From NCBI RefSeq assembly GCF_006345805.1, contig NC_043003.1:14012001-14076000 (forward strand): a stretch of 64,000 nucleotides of DNA. Direction: 5' to 3'. This document shows, piece after piece, positions 12,543-24,884 of this stretch. Below the pieces are notes generated by a model that was given only the letters and a program-made list of their open reading frames with translations, made no database searches and was not told the origin of the DNA. The first letter of the stretch is position 1; the number at the start of each line of letters is the position of its first letter. The position numbers and the translations under genes were made by a program. The stretch is from Octopus sinensis (lineage: Eukaryota).

Positions 12543-13064
12543 TATTAGATTCTCTGTCTGAAGAATTCTTAATCGATATCTTACATGTTTCTCCTACATG
12601 TACAATTTTGTAACTCTTATTAGCAAATGAAACACATGTAATGGTGAATAAATAATACTAAAACATTTTTTAAAATCTCTTGTTTTTGATATGTAATTAC
12701 TCTACAAAAAATATATTCCAGTATGTTTTAACTCTTATGCATATGTGCTTCCAGCGGACACAACTTGGATTATAACCTAATCTACATAATATGCGTGTGT
12801 GTGTGTGTGATGGTATATTTTACATTCATTTTTTTTTTTTTTACAGATTTTATATTACTATCAGATAAAGAGGTAAACATCCTACCTGATTCCCAGCATC
12901 ATTCTGAAATCATTCTAAACACCCAATAAATAGAAATATGATAACCATGTAAATTCTAGAATAAAGCTACTAATTCTTCAACAATTTACAAGATTCCCTC
13001 ACATCACTGGGTAGAAGTTCTTAATTCTTATCCAACCCTTGCTGTTATAAAAGAAGAGCATGTT

Positions 13065-13454
13065 TCATATTGATGTGTATGTGTTGATGTGTGTGTGTGT
13101 GTATGTATGTGTGTGTGTATGTATGTGTGTGTGTATGTATGTATGTATGTATGTATGTATGTATGTATGTATACTTGTACATATGGATGTATGTATGTAT
13201 GTATACATATATATATGTGTATATGTAAGTACATATACATACATACCTATACATATTGTGTGTATGTATATATATATATACATATATTTATATATATGTA
13301 TATATATATACATATATATATATATACACATATATTTATATATATGTATATATATATACATATATATATATATACATATATATATTTACATATATATGTA
13401 CATATATATGTATATATATATGTATATATATGCATCTATACATATGCATATATG

Positions 13455-13526
<72 letters not shown>

Positions 13527-13544
13527 TGAAAATATGTATATGTA

Positions 13545-13592
<48 letters not shown>

Positions 13593-13625
13593 CACACACA
13601 TATACACACACACATACATATGCAT
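13065..13625. repeat. Long compound (TG)/(TATG)/(TA) microsatellite
   Basis: Direct inspection; source of many spurious ORFs. Confidence 0.95.
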
Positions 13626-14279
13626 AATTTGTAGTTGAGAATATTTCACATTATATTTATACGCGTCTTCCTTTGAAAAACCCTCCGCATTCTTATCAGA
13701 TGAACGAGCTATCTCAATGTCATCTAAATAAGTCAATACCTTCTCGTTTACTCGGGGAAATTATATTTTCCTAAAAGGTTTTGATCGCTTTACCATATTT
13801 ACATTTCGTTACATAACTAAAGCATTCGGAAAAATGTCCTGCTTCTTTCACTAAATCCATCTCTTGGCGACGTAGTCAGCGTAGCAGATATTGCTCTATG
13901 CACATCAGAAAGTAAGTCATTTCATAGAAGGCTTTGAACAAAAACCCCCTGATGTGTATACTGCGGTCCGATTAGATCCGTCTGAGCATTAGAAATAAAA
14001 GAAAGAGGGTCTATTTAACAGGCTGCTATCAGAAATAGAGTTAATGGAATCAATAATAGAGAATCTTCTCCCATTGCACACAGCTCGGCTACTGGATTTT
14101 CCCTGGATAAGATAAAGTTCATTTATAGCTTGTGTGCATTTGTGTGTGATGTGTAAATAGAGAACACTTTTCCATCCCCCCCCCCCCACACACACACACA
14201 TAAGTCCAAGCGCTCCCTCTGTTAACTTATCTGTAAATTATCCGTTTGAATTTCTCAATGCAAACACAGAAGACGTGTA

Positions 14280-14322
14280 CTAAAAGAGCAAAGGATGGAG
14301 GGGCGAGGGCGGAATGGAAGGC
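14280..14322 (-). CDS. Candidate alternative terminal exon (PSIPPSPLHPLLF*)
   Basis: Long pyrimidine tract ending caatgcag; no donor before the stop; followed by ~600 bp of unique CpG-retaining sequence. Confidence 0.3.
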
Positions 14323-14533
14323 CTGCATTGATATAAAAGCAAAGCATAGAAAAACACGGAACACGTGTGTATGCAATGTGTGCAGCTTTATTCGACTTGC
14401 AAAAGAAAAGATTAATTACAAAGTAGGAAGCTTCTAGATGGATTCATTATACGAGATTTGAACACCAAAATTGAATGGTGATCTTTTTTTTTTTTTGGCC
14501 TTCTCCCCCTCCCCCCCACCTCCCTCTTCTCAC

Positions 14534-14547
14534 TTGTCACTTAATTT
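14534..14547 (-). CDS. Candidate 14-nt micro-exon (KLSD)
   Basis: tttctatagttgtattcttctgacag|AAATTAAGTGACAA|gtgaga; open only in phase 0. Confidence 0.4.
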
Positions 14548-14688
14548 CTGTCAGAAGAATACAACTATAGAAATTTCATTTTGTACTGTTTTTCTATATC
14601 TGTTTCTTAATATTTTATTTTATGAAAATTTTCCAAGATTGATATAAATCTTTGTAAGGAGAGATTTGAGCAGCTAAAATTTGCTTAC

Positions 14689-14699
14689 CTTCCTGGCAC
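14689..14699 (-). CDS. Candidate 11-nt micro-exon GTGCCAGGAAG
   Basis: gtttaatgtTGCttaacag|GTGCCAGGAAG|gtaagc; near-consensus donor. Confidence 0.55.
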
Positions 14700-14764
14700 C
14701 TGTTAAGCAACATTAAACAGTTGAAGACAATTCCCCTGAGACCAAACGTTGATAATAAATAAAC

Positions 14765-14935
14765 GCGGGCATGGTTGTGTGGTAAGAAGCTTGCTTCTCA
14801 ACCACATGGTTCCCGGTTCAGTCCCACAGCATGGCACCTTGGGTAAGTGTCTTCTATTATAGCTTCAGGTCGACCAAAGCCTTGTGAATAGATTTGGTAG
14901 ACGGAAACTGGAAGAAGCCTGTTGAATATGTATAT
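14765..14935 (+). mobile_element. SINE S1 5' half
   Basis: Head and core match the family. Confidence 0.75.
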
Positions 14936-14937
14936 TC

Positions 14938-15248
14938 TTTTACCCTTTTACTTGTTTCAGTCATTTGACCATGGTCATGCTGGAGCAACACCTTTAGTTG
15001 AACAAATCTACCCCAGGACTTATTCTTTGTAAGCCTAGTATTTATTCTATCGATCTCTTTTGCTGAACTGCTAGATTACAGGGACATAAGCACACCAACA
15101 TCAATTCTCAAGCAATGGTGGGTGGACAAAGACACACACACATATATATATATACGACGGGCTTCTTTCAGTTTCTATCTACCAAATCCACTCAGAAGGC
15201 TTTGGCCAGCTCAAGGCTATAGAAGAAAACACTTGCCCATGGTGCCAT
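14938..15248 (-). mobile_element. SINE S1 3' part
   Basis: Reverse copy ending where the next SINE begins. Confidence 0.75.
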
Positions 15249-15630
15249 GCACTCCGTCGGTTACGACTACGAGGGTTCCAGCCGATCCAAGCAACAAACA
15301 ACCTGCTCGTGAAAGTAACGTGCAAGTGGCTGAGTACTCCATAGACGTGTGTACCCTTAACGTAGTTCTCGGGGAGATAAGATACAGTGTGACACCGAAT
15401 GTGACAGGGCTGGCCCTTTCGAAATACAGGTACAACAGAAACAGGAAGAAAGAGTGAGAGAAAGTTGCAGTGAAAGAATACAGCAGGGTTCCCCGCCACC
15501 CCCTGTGAAGCCTTGTGGCGATTTTAGGTGTTTTAGCTCAATAAACACTCACAAAACCTGGTCTGGGATTCGAACCCACGATCCTATGACTGCAAGTCCA
15601 CTGCCCTAACCACAGGGCTATTACACCTTC
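15249..15630 (-). mobile_element. tRNA-headed SINE family S4
   Basis: Reverse strand reads tagccctgtggttagggcagtggacttgcagtc...gggttcgaatccc (A and B boxes) plus a 300-bp body. Confidence 0.75.
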
Positions 15631-16059
15631 ACTATCATACAGTAATCTAACTTAAATATGTTACAAGAGGTTAATATAGCAATTACAGCTTTAATTAAAC
15701 TCCTAGAAGTATTACTATTATTATTATTATTATTATTATTATTTGTAAAATTTGAAAATATTATTTAAATATTCATGATATTCCAAAGAAGACTATTTCT
15801 GTCAAAATCGTAATTTTTCAATATAACTCTCAATATCAATTCATTAAGCTTGATTATAAAAATATTGTATATTATTAAGATGTTCCAAATAAACCTACTT
15901 GACAAATTCTTTTTAACCTTTTTGCATTCAAATTATTCTGTCAAATGTAATGCTTATTTATTCACATTGTTTTGAATTAATCTTGTATTATCTCATTCGT
16001 AGCTTGGAGATTTTGATGATGTGATTTCTCTTAAGTTTTTAATTATTTTTTTTTTATTT

Positions 16060-16418
16060 TGTTCCTAGTTCCAGTCATTAGACTGTGGTCATGCTGGAGC
16101 ACCACCTTGAAGGGGTTTTAGTCAAAAAAATTAACCCCAGGACTTGTCCCCCCCCCACAGGCATGGTACTTATTCTATTGGTCTCTAAATTATGGGGACA
16201 TAAACACACTAACACTGGTTGTCAAGTGGTGGAGGGAGGGACAAACACACACACACACACATGATGGGCTTCTTTCAGTTTCTGCCTATCAATTCCACTC
16301 ACAAGACTTTGGTCAACCCAAGGCTATAGTAGAATTCACTTGTCCAAGGTGCCATGCAGTGGGACTGAACCCGGAACCCTGTGGTTTGGAAGCAAGTTTC
16401 TTACCACACAACCACAGC
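16060..16418 (-). mobile_element. SINE S1
   Basis: Family match. Confidence 0.75.
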
Positions 16419-16780
16419 TGTTTACTTTTGAATAAAGTTATTTATTTTTTGAGCAAAAATTATATGGTGGGGGGTGAGAGGACTGCTCTGGCCAGTTTAA
16501 ACACAAAACAGCTTGACTATTTGAGCTGTATATGGCTCGTTCAAATGCTAAGAAGTTACATATTCATGATGCCCTGAGGAAGACTACTTTTATCAAAATT
16601 GCAATTTTTCAATACAATTCTCAACATCAATAAATGAAAATTGATTATAATTGATTATAAAAATATCATATATCACATTCCAAAAGTATTTGCTTGACAA
16701 ATTTTCTTAGAATCAACCTTTTAGTATTTAATCCAGTATTTAATATTTATAAGTATTCAATAGTATTTAATATTTATAAG

Positions 16781-17010
16781 GCAGCGAGCTGGCAGAATCG
16801 TTAGCATGCCGGGCGAAATGCTTAGTGGTATTTCGTCTGTCGTTACGTTCTGAGTTCAAATTCCGCCGAGGTTGACTTTGCCTTTCATCCTTTTGGGGTC
16901 GATTAAATAAGTACCAGTTATGCACTAGGGTTGATATAATCAACTTAATTCGTTTGTCCTTGTTTATCCCCTATGTGTGTAGCCCCTTGTGGGCAGTAAA
17001 GAAATAAGTA
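16781..17010 (+). mobile_element. SINE S2 monomer
   Basis: ggcagcgagctggcagaatcgttagc...gagttcaaattcc...gcctttcatcc...aaagaaataagtattt. Confidence 0.85.
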
Positions 17011-17181
17011 TTTAATCCAGCCATATCTGGCCCAAATATTCTACCTGTTTTAGTTTTATGTTGAAACTAGCCGGATCCAACTTTTTGCACCTACTCTACA
17101 ATGTTATTCTAAAAATAAACAATAACAGCATAGAAATCTGAAAGCTATGAGATGATGCGGGGTTAAATTAAAACAATGTGA

Positions 17182-17546
17182 ACAAGAGCACTGAGTGAGT
17201 GCAAACCTTCGCCAAGGCAACACCAATATCCTCTCAACGATTAGCTGGAGATGATTTTTAAAAATAAGACTATCTGAAATAAACCCGACTGCTCTCACAA
17301 ACGAGAATACTAAAATTGAACTTGACCGCTCTCAAAAATTAAGTAAAAAAAACAGGAAAAATAATCGAGAATCCTTGTCCGGTACTGGATCAATCCCAAA
17401 ATTTAACCAGTTTGTGCCAGTCACAAGGCTAAACATCCCTGAAAGTTTAATCCGAATTCATCCAGTGGGTTTTGAGATATCTGTCCATGGACAAACAAAC
17501 AAAGACAACTGAAAATAATACCTCCACCTTTGCTAAGGCGGAGGTA
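17182..17546. mobile_element. Non-autonomous Helentron-like (HINE-type) element nested in a piggyBac MITE
   Basis: Subterminal inverted repeats accttcgccaagg / aaggcggaggt, terminal palindrome, no TSD; host MITE resumes on both sides. Confidence 0.6.
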
Positions 17547-18029
17547 ATAAATAAGCATTACAATTGACAGAGTAATCTGGATGCTACAGAGTTAGACTAA
17601 ATGATTATATGATAAAGAAAATAGTCTATCATTAAAAAAAACAACACTGTCGAAATATTCCTTTCTAATACTAAATTCAATGTGTTCTTAAAATCAACCA
17701 ATAATGTGCTCTCTGACTTTAGCCAATCCTTATTTTATGTACTAGTTTAGCTCCAGCTGAGCAAAGGTCTATTTCATCATCATCATCACCATCACCACCA
17801 CTAATTTTTTTCCCTTTCTGTAATAAATGTTAACTCTCATATTTTCTTTTTAGTTTCTATCACTGATTCCCTAACTCAGTTTTTAATGTTTATTTTTTAT
17901 TGTAATTCCAAACAAAAAAGCCTTCTTTTTTGCCAGAATTTCACCACATTTACCTCTTGTTTTTCAATATAATTCTAGTCCTTTCTTCTCTTGCATATTT
18001 ATGACTGCTATGTTTTCTATACAAGATTC

Positions 18030-18320
18030 ATCATCATCATCGTTTAACATCCAATTTCCATGCTGGCATGGGTTGGACGATTTGACTGAGGACTGTTGAA
18101 CCAGACGGCTGCACCAGGCTCCAATCTGATCTGGCAGAGTTTCTACAGCTGGATGCCCTTCCTAACGCCAACCACTCCAAGAGTGTAGTGGGTGCTTTTA
18201 CGTGCCACTGGCACGAGGGCCAGTCAGGCAGTAATGGCAACAGCCATGCTCAAATGATGTTTTTTACGTGTCACCTGCACAGGAGCCAGTCCAGCACTGG
18301 CAATGACCTTACTCAAATAT
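18030..18320 (-). mobile_element. Retroposon S3
   Basis: Family match. Confidence 0.75.
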
Positions 18321-19024
18321 TTTATTTTATTATTCAAAAAAATTTTTTTTTAATTAGAGTAATCTGAATGCTACAGGGTTTTAAGACTTTAATGCATGAT
18401 TCAAGGGAAATTTAGCAGCTATATCCAGCAAATAAGGCAACTCTGTAGACTCCTCCTACAAAGCTGGTTTGCTTGTGTGTTTCTTTGTTTATTCATATAT
18501 TAATTTTTGCTGTTCTGTTGTTATTGAAAAGAACGTTTTGTTAGACGGACATTTATTTCGTTCACTTATGAATCAACACCGTTCAAATGAAAGGAAAAGT
18601 AATCACTGAAAATCCCATAAAGTAAAAACCGTCAGCGATATGAAACTAAATAGTCTACTTAAATTATATGGAAACTTGAATAAAAGAGCACATAAAAACT
18701 AGTTAATAGAACTTATGGCCATTTCTATATTAAACAACCACCTATCTAAGATAGCCACATCTTTTGATTCTCAAAGTAACTTTTTTAAATAGGTTAAGAC
18801 AAACACAAAACAAAATGTTCTAAATGTACTCGGTCTCTTTAGTATTAAACTACATGCTGTCATCACTATCAATGCAATTTTTCTACACTGAATATACTAG
18901 TTGTCAGTGATTTTTAATACAAAGTTTGTTCTAGTGTAAGCAAAAAAATTTTCTCAACAAACTGCAAAGCATTTCTCAGAATGTGGGCACAATAATGTAA
19001 TTTCTTTTAGGCAATTGTGGCAGC

Positions 19025-19310
19025 CAATTTTGTTATATGGATGAACAATATGGACACTAAGAAAACTTCTTGAAAAGAAAATTGACAGAACTTATTACAA
19101 GAATGCTTCAAGCTGCTCTGGACATCTGGAGACGGCACCCGATGAAAGAACTTCTCAATAGTAATTTATCACCAGTATCACTTGTCATCAGAGAAAGAAA
19201 AAAGATTCACTGGACATTGCTGGAGAGCAAATGATGAAATCATCAATGATATTTTTGGAAACTGAAGCATGGCTACACAAATGTTGGTAGACCACATTGA
19301 ATCTATGTAA
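19025..19310 (+). pseudogene. Degraded RTE/RTEX-type LINE ORF2 C-terminal fragment
   Basis: Frameshifted ILLYG*TIWTLRKLLEKKIDRTY / RMLQAALDIWRRHP..ELL..LSPVSLVIRER / RFTGHCWRANDEII. Confidence 0.7.
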
Positions 19311-19426
19311 AACAATTGTGGGAGGACTCTGAGTGCACCCGAGAAGGCCTACCACAGTTACTTTAGCATTCACATTACTCCATGAAAAGTAACGCTTATT
19401 TGTTAACATTGCTTTGAATTAGATAC

Positions 19427-19810
19427 TCTTTTACTTGTTTCAGTCATTTGACTGTGGCCATGCTGGAGCACTACCTTTAGTCGAGCAAATCGACCCCAGG
19501 ACTTATTCTTTGTAAGCCTAGTACTTATTCCATCGGTCTCTTTTGCCAAACCGCTAAGTTACGAGGATGTAAACACACCAGCATTGGTTGTCAAGCGATG
19601 TTGGTGGATGAACACAGACACACATACTTATATATACATACATATATACAACAGGCTTCTTTCAGTTTCCGTCTACCAAATCCACTCACAAGGCTTTGGT
19701 CGGCCCAAGGCTATAGTAGAAGACACTTGCCTAAGGTGCCATGCAGTGGGACTGAACCTGGAACCATGTGGTGGTAAGCAAGTTACTTACCACACAGCCA
19801 CTTCTACGCC
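19427..19810 (-). mobile_element. SINE S1 full length
   Basis: Family match. Confidence 0.85.
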
Positions 19811-20117
19811 TAGTTGTACATTATCTCATAGCTTCTAGATTTCAATGATGTGATTGTTTATTCTTAGAATGACATTGTAGGGTAGGCATGAGAGGCCTGA
19901 TCTAGTTAGGCTGGATATAAAACAGGTAGAATATTTAGGTCTTATATGGATGGTCTGAATGCTAGAGGATTAAACAGAAGACATATTTCCTTGGTATCAA
20001 AGCATCACATATGAATGTTTCATATTCCCAATTTTTCTTACAACCGCCAACCTCAGTTTATGAAAAGGAAAGCTTTATATTATTCAGAACATATGAAACA
20101 AAGGCTAACTAAAAGCC

Positions 20118-20501
20118 TGCAGGAGTGGCTGTGTGGTAAGTAGCTTGCTTACCAACCACATGGTTCTGAGTTCAGTCCCACTGCATGGTACCTTGGGCAA
20201 GTGTCTTCTACTATAGCCTCAGGCTGACCAAAGCCTTGTGAGTGGATTTGGTAGACAGAAACTGAAAGAAGCCCATCTAATATATGTAAAATGTGACTGT
20301 GTGTGTACCATTGGCGATTTTTTTCCTCCATCTTCCCTTCTTTGGATCTTTTCTTTTCCTATGTCTCTGACAAATAGCTCCATTTGAAATGTTAAATCCT
20401 CCTTCTTACCTTCTTTCCTGAGCGTCCAATAACACTATACTTCTTCCACATCCTCGCGTTGTTGTGTTTTCTCTTTGTGATTTCATGTTTGGATTAACTA
20501 T

Positions 20502-20553
<52 letters not shown>

Positions 20554-20790
20554 CATATGTATGTGTGTGTACATGTTTGTGTATGTCCCACCAACATCGC
20601 TTGACAACCGATGCTGGTGTGTTTACTTACCTGTAACATAGCAGTTCGGCAAAAAAGAGACCGATAGAATAAGTACTAGGCTTACAAAGAACAAGTCCTG
20701 AGGGTCGATTTGCTCGACTAAAGGCGGTGCTCCAGCATGGCTACAGTCAAAAGACTGAAACAAGTAAAAGAGTAAAAGAGAGAGAGAGAG
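20118..20790 (+). mobile_element. SINE S1 interrupted by pLTR family B (20290-20500)
   Basis: Head half 20118-20280 and tail half 20570-20790. Confidence 0.8.
20290..20500 (+). mobile_element. Penelope-type pLTR remnant family B with decayed hammerhead (20363-20397)
   Basis: ctgacaaatagctccatttgaaatgttaaat; aligns with 7328-7538. Confidence 0.6.
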
Positions 20791-21301
20791 TAAGAAGCAC
20801 AGGCATTTAGGACAAACTTTGGACAGGCAAATGGCTAAAAATGTGCTGTCCATAAAACTGTCTATTACTATATAGCCGTATAATACACACAATGCATCTC
20901 TACTTCTTCTCTTCTGTTGTAAACTTCTATTGTGTCTCAACTTTGCCTAATTCTTCTTTTCTCTGATATTTCCAGCCTGCTTGTGTTTTCCTTCAACCAA
21001 AAAAAAATCAGACAAAAACAGTATTGATTTTATTATCTAGCTGCTCTTAAGACTTGGTCAAGTAGGTTTTGAAGAAAAAAAAAACCAAAATCTTTATGCA
21101 TTAACCCTTCTTCACAGACTATGGAAACGATAATCAATAGTTAAAGGACAGAATGAAACTATGATCTCAGGCTTTACTTAATTGTTTGCTTAATAAATTC
21201 ACATGGTTCCAGTTACTTTGGTAAACGCTGATTTTGCTTTTCTTTTAAGTAGGTTGCAGGGGAAAAGATATCATCATCATCATCATCATCATTGTCATCG
21301 T

Positions 21302-21536
21302 ACCTATTTCTTTATTACCCACAGGGGGCTAAACATAGAGGGGACAAACAAGGACAGACATAGGTATTAAGTCGATTACATCGACCCCAGTGCGTAACTG
21401 GTACTTAATTTATTGACCCCGAAAGGATGAAAGGCAAAGTCGACCTCGGCAGAATTTGAACTCACAACGTAACGCAGACGAAATACCGCTAAGCATTTCG
21501 CCCGGCGTGTTAACGTTTCTGCCAGCTCGCTGCCTT
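21302..21536 (-). mobile_element. SINE S2 monomer
   Basis: Family match. Confidence 0.85.
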
Positions 21537-21559
21537 AAATCACCACCACCACCACCATC

Positions 21560-21980
21560 ATCATCATCGTCGTTTTAACATCCACTCATCCATGCTTGCA
21601 TGCATTGGACAGTTTATTGAGGTAGATTTTTAAAATTTTTTCTATGGTAGGTTGACTTTCCTGTTGCCACCCCTTACCTGTTCCCAAGCAAGACAATGTT
21701 TTTCCTCATGGCCAGACATGTTTTTACAGAATATTGGGAAAAACGAAACGACACTGCCTGTATGACAGTGGCATTCATTTACAACTACCATGCGATTACA
21801 GGGGTACTCAGTACTCTGTGGAGTGGTTGGCATTAGGAAGGGCATCCAGCCATACAAACCAAGCCAAAACAGACTGGAGCCTGGTTCCAGCTCTTCAGGT
21901 TACCATCATCAGTCAAACCTTCTAACCCATGCCAGCATGAAAAATGGACATTAAATGATATTGATGATGATGATGATGAT
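21560..21980. mobile_element. Two S3-related retroposon copies in opposite orientation
   Basis: Shared tail motifs; related copies at 26825-26975, 35760-35970 and 60575-60810. Confidence 0.6.
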
Positions 21981-21984
21981 TACT

Positions 21985-22208
21985 CTTTTCTCTTTTTCAC
22001 TCTTTTACTTGTTTCAGTCATTTGACTGCGGCCATGCTGGAGCACCGCCTTTAGTCGAGCAAATCGACCCCGGGACTTATTCTTTTTGTAAGCCCAGTAC
22101 TTATTCTATCGGTCTCTTTTGCCGAACCGCTAAGTGACGGGGACGTAAATACACCAGCATCAGTTGTCAAGCATTGCTAGAGGGACAAACACAGACCCAC
22201 AAACATAT

Positions 22209-22263
<55 letters not shown>

Positions 22264-22430
22264 TACGACAGGCTTCTTTCAGTTTCCGTCTACCAAATCC
22301 ACTCACAAGGCATTGGTCGGCCCGGGGCTATAGCAGAAGACACTTGCCCAAGATGCCACGCAGTGGGACTGAACCCAGAACCATGTGGTTGGTAAGCAAG
22401 CTACTTACCACACAGCCACTCTTGCGCCTA
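21985..22430 (-). mobile_element. SINE S1 full length
   Basis: Family match, low CpG decay. Confidence 0.88.
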
Positions 22431-23022
22431 TATGATGATGATATTTATTTGTGTGTGAGATGTTTATTTGTAAAATACAAGAACAAAGAACCTTTCCCAA
22501 CATTATGGCTAAAGATCTAAATATTTTGTATTCTAAAATTTTCCCAAATCATTTGGTATTTCCTTCAGCTTTCATATTTTCAAACCTATTTATTTTTACT
22601 TCCTCTTGAAGCTATTTAGCTCCTTATTCAGAAACCTGAAACTGGCCCCTTTCCTTCTCAATGATGCATGGCAAAAGGAAGGAAAAAGAACAAATTTAAA
22701 AAGCAGCAGTGAGAGCTTCACAAGAAATACAAGAAAAAAAATGTGTTATCCTCTACTTGGAAAGAAGAGATATCATTTGAAAGTCTTGTTCTTAATGTTG
22801 ATAGATGTGAATGAGGGTGGTGGTGGTGGTGGTGTGTGGTGTTTGGGGCGGGGGGGGGAGATTTCAGGAAGTCTATCTTACACTGGATGGACTATTTCCT
22901 TTCTTTTGATTTCCAACTTTCTCAAGTACCTACTACTACTACTACTACTACGCTTACTTTCCTAGGTTCTTACCACAAATCTAACTAACAAATTAACATC
23001 AACTTATAATGCATTTTTTTGT

Positions 23023-23054
<32 letters not shown>

Positions 23055-23238
23055 TCACCACCACCAATACTACCACCACTACTACTACTACCAACAGAGG
23101 CGTTCATTCTGCTTTTCAAGTAGCCGGATGCGATTAATGTTTAGTTTGCATACTTGTAGATTAGTGACACAACAACAACAACAACAACAGCAGCTGCCAC
23201 CACCACCACCAACAGCAGCAACACATAGGGTCAATTAC

Positions 23239-23266
23239 CTGGTTTGTACGATGTATGTATGTGTGA
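23239..23266 (-). CDS. Candidate 28-nt micro-exon
   Basis: Branch-like cactaat, then ttttgtggtctcag|TCACACATACATACATCGTACAAACCAG|gtaatt. Confidence 0.45.
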
Positions 23267-23689
23267 CTGAGACCACAAAATTAACCCCTAGCAAATTAGT
23301 GATGGAAGGAACGCAGAAATAAATTTGTTTGGAAATACTCACACCATAATATACGTGGATAAAGGTTTTAAACAAAAATCTTTTGGGGAGAACAACCTAG
23401 GCTTCTTGATGTAGTTTTGGCACCGACAATAAAGAAAAAGTATGACTATATACCAGATTTGATGGCAAAAAGACATATGGGCATATTAGATACAACCCAG
23501 TTTCAACAGGGAAAGAGTTACAGAGCAAAAGAGATGATGGGTGGACCTTCTTGTTACCACATTTTTTTTCTGTTGAAAAAATATTGCCCCTTTGTTCCAA
23601 TTCATTTTGAAAATAATGAAGAATTTAGTAAAATAATTTCCGTCCTAATTTAGCTGATATCGGATTTGATTGAGTCAGGTTGGATTGCC

Positions 23690-23760
23690 CACATCCAGTC
23701 CACTGCAGAACAAAGGCCTCCGCATGTTCTCTCCACCAACGACGGTCCGATGTGGAGGTT
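23690..23760 (-). mobile_element. RTE-clade LINE extreme 3' end fragment
   Basis: Reverse strand ggaggcctttgttctgcagtggac (EAFVLQW). Confidence 0.5.
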
Positions 23761-24245
23761 GTGAATTTGAGCTTGAGACCATACTGGTTTGATGAGTCAA
23801 CTCGGCCACACTGGTTTGATATGGCTTGGTAGAGGGGTGCAATTTTTTTTTTTATGCTTCTACCCAGTGTTTAACTGGTGCTTCTTTTATCAATTCTAAA
23901 AGGACGAAGGAAAAGCCAGCCTTGGCATAATTTGAACTCAGGATGTAAGGACAAACGAAATACCACTAACTGTTTCACCTACTATTGTGCTAACGGTTCC
24001 GCCAGCTTGCTGGTGTTAGGAGCATAAATTAACAGGGAATTTTGATCAAAGATTTTAATTTAGATCACTTTAAAGCAGGATGTTTGTATCATAGAACAAA
24101 GGGCAGCCTCAGATGATTTAGTATCAAAAGGGTTTGATGGTTCACATAGGGTTTAGGAAGGAACAAAAACAGATAGGTTAAGCATGTATCAGAGAATGGG
24201 ATGCAATAAAAAGATGGGCCCTCACATAAGCAGAGGCTATTGTAA

Positions 24246-24884
24246 ATATCTTTTCTACTAAAGGCACAAGGCCTGAAATTTTGGAGGAGGGGATTGATCG
24301 ATTACATTGACCCCAGTGTTCCACTGGTACTTAATTTATCGACTATGAAAGGATGAAAGGCAAAGTCGACCTCAGTGGAATTTGAACTCAGAACATAAGT
24401 ACAGATGAAATACCTATTTCTTTACAACCCACAACAGGCTAAACACGGAGAGGACAAACAAGGACAGACAAATGGATTAAGTCGATTACATCGACCCCAG
24501 TGCGTAACTGGTACTTATTTGATCGACCCCGAAAGGATGAAAGGCAAAGTCGACCTCAGCGGAATTTGAACTCAGATCGTAGTGGCAGACGAAATACCAC
24601 TAAGCATTTCACCCGGCGTGCTAATGATTCTGCCAGCTCACATGATAACAATAATAATAATCCTTTCTTCAAGAGGCACAAAACCTGAAGTTTAGTGGGA
24701 GGGGACTAGTCAATTACGTCAACCCCAGTGTTTTACTGGTACTTAATTTGTCGCCCCCCCCCCCAAAAAAAAACAATGTAAAGTAAAGGTGACCTCAGTG
24801 GAATTCGAACTCAGAACATAAAGATGGATAAAATGCCACAAAGCATTTTGCCGGGCGTGCTAACGACTGCCTGCTCACTGCCTT
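24246..24884 (-). mobile_element. SINE S2 trimer with a single 14-bp TSD
   Basis: agaggctattgtaa at 24232-24245 and 24885-24898. Confidence 0.85.

Noticed and set aside
13045-13638. Long Y/I/H/T/C/V-rich ORFs here and at 6564, 9066, 11202, 31154, 41472 and 61060
   Set aside because: Translations of (TA)/(TG)/(CA) microsatellites
13640-13780. [11 protein letters not shown] resembling the reverse transcriptase YxDD motif
   Set aside because: No other RT motifs in neighbouring frames and no LTR features
15560-15630. tRNA genes at SINE heads (also 34686, 40376, 52030, 59947)
   Set aside because: A/B boxes are present but there is no complete cloverleaf, and they run into repeat bodies
22882-22929. 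48-nt minus-strand exon candidate with donor AGT|gtaaga
   Set aside because: The acceptor is an (AGT)n tract with no polypyrimidine stretch; left out of the model
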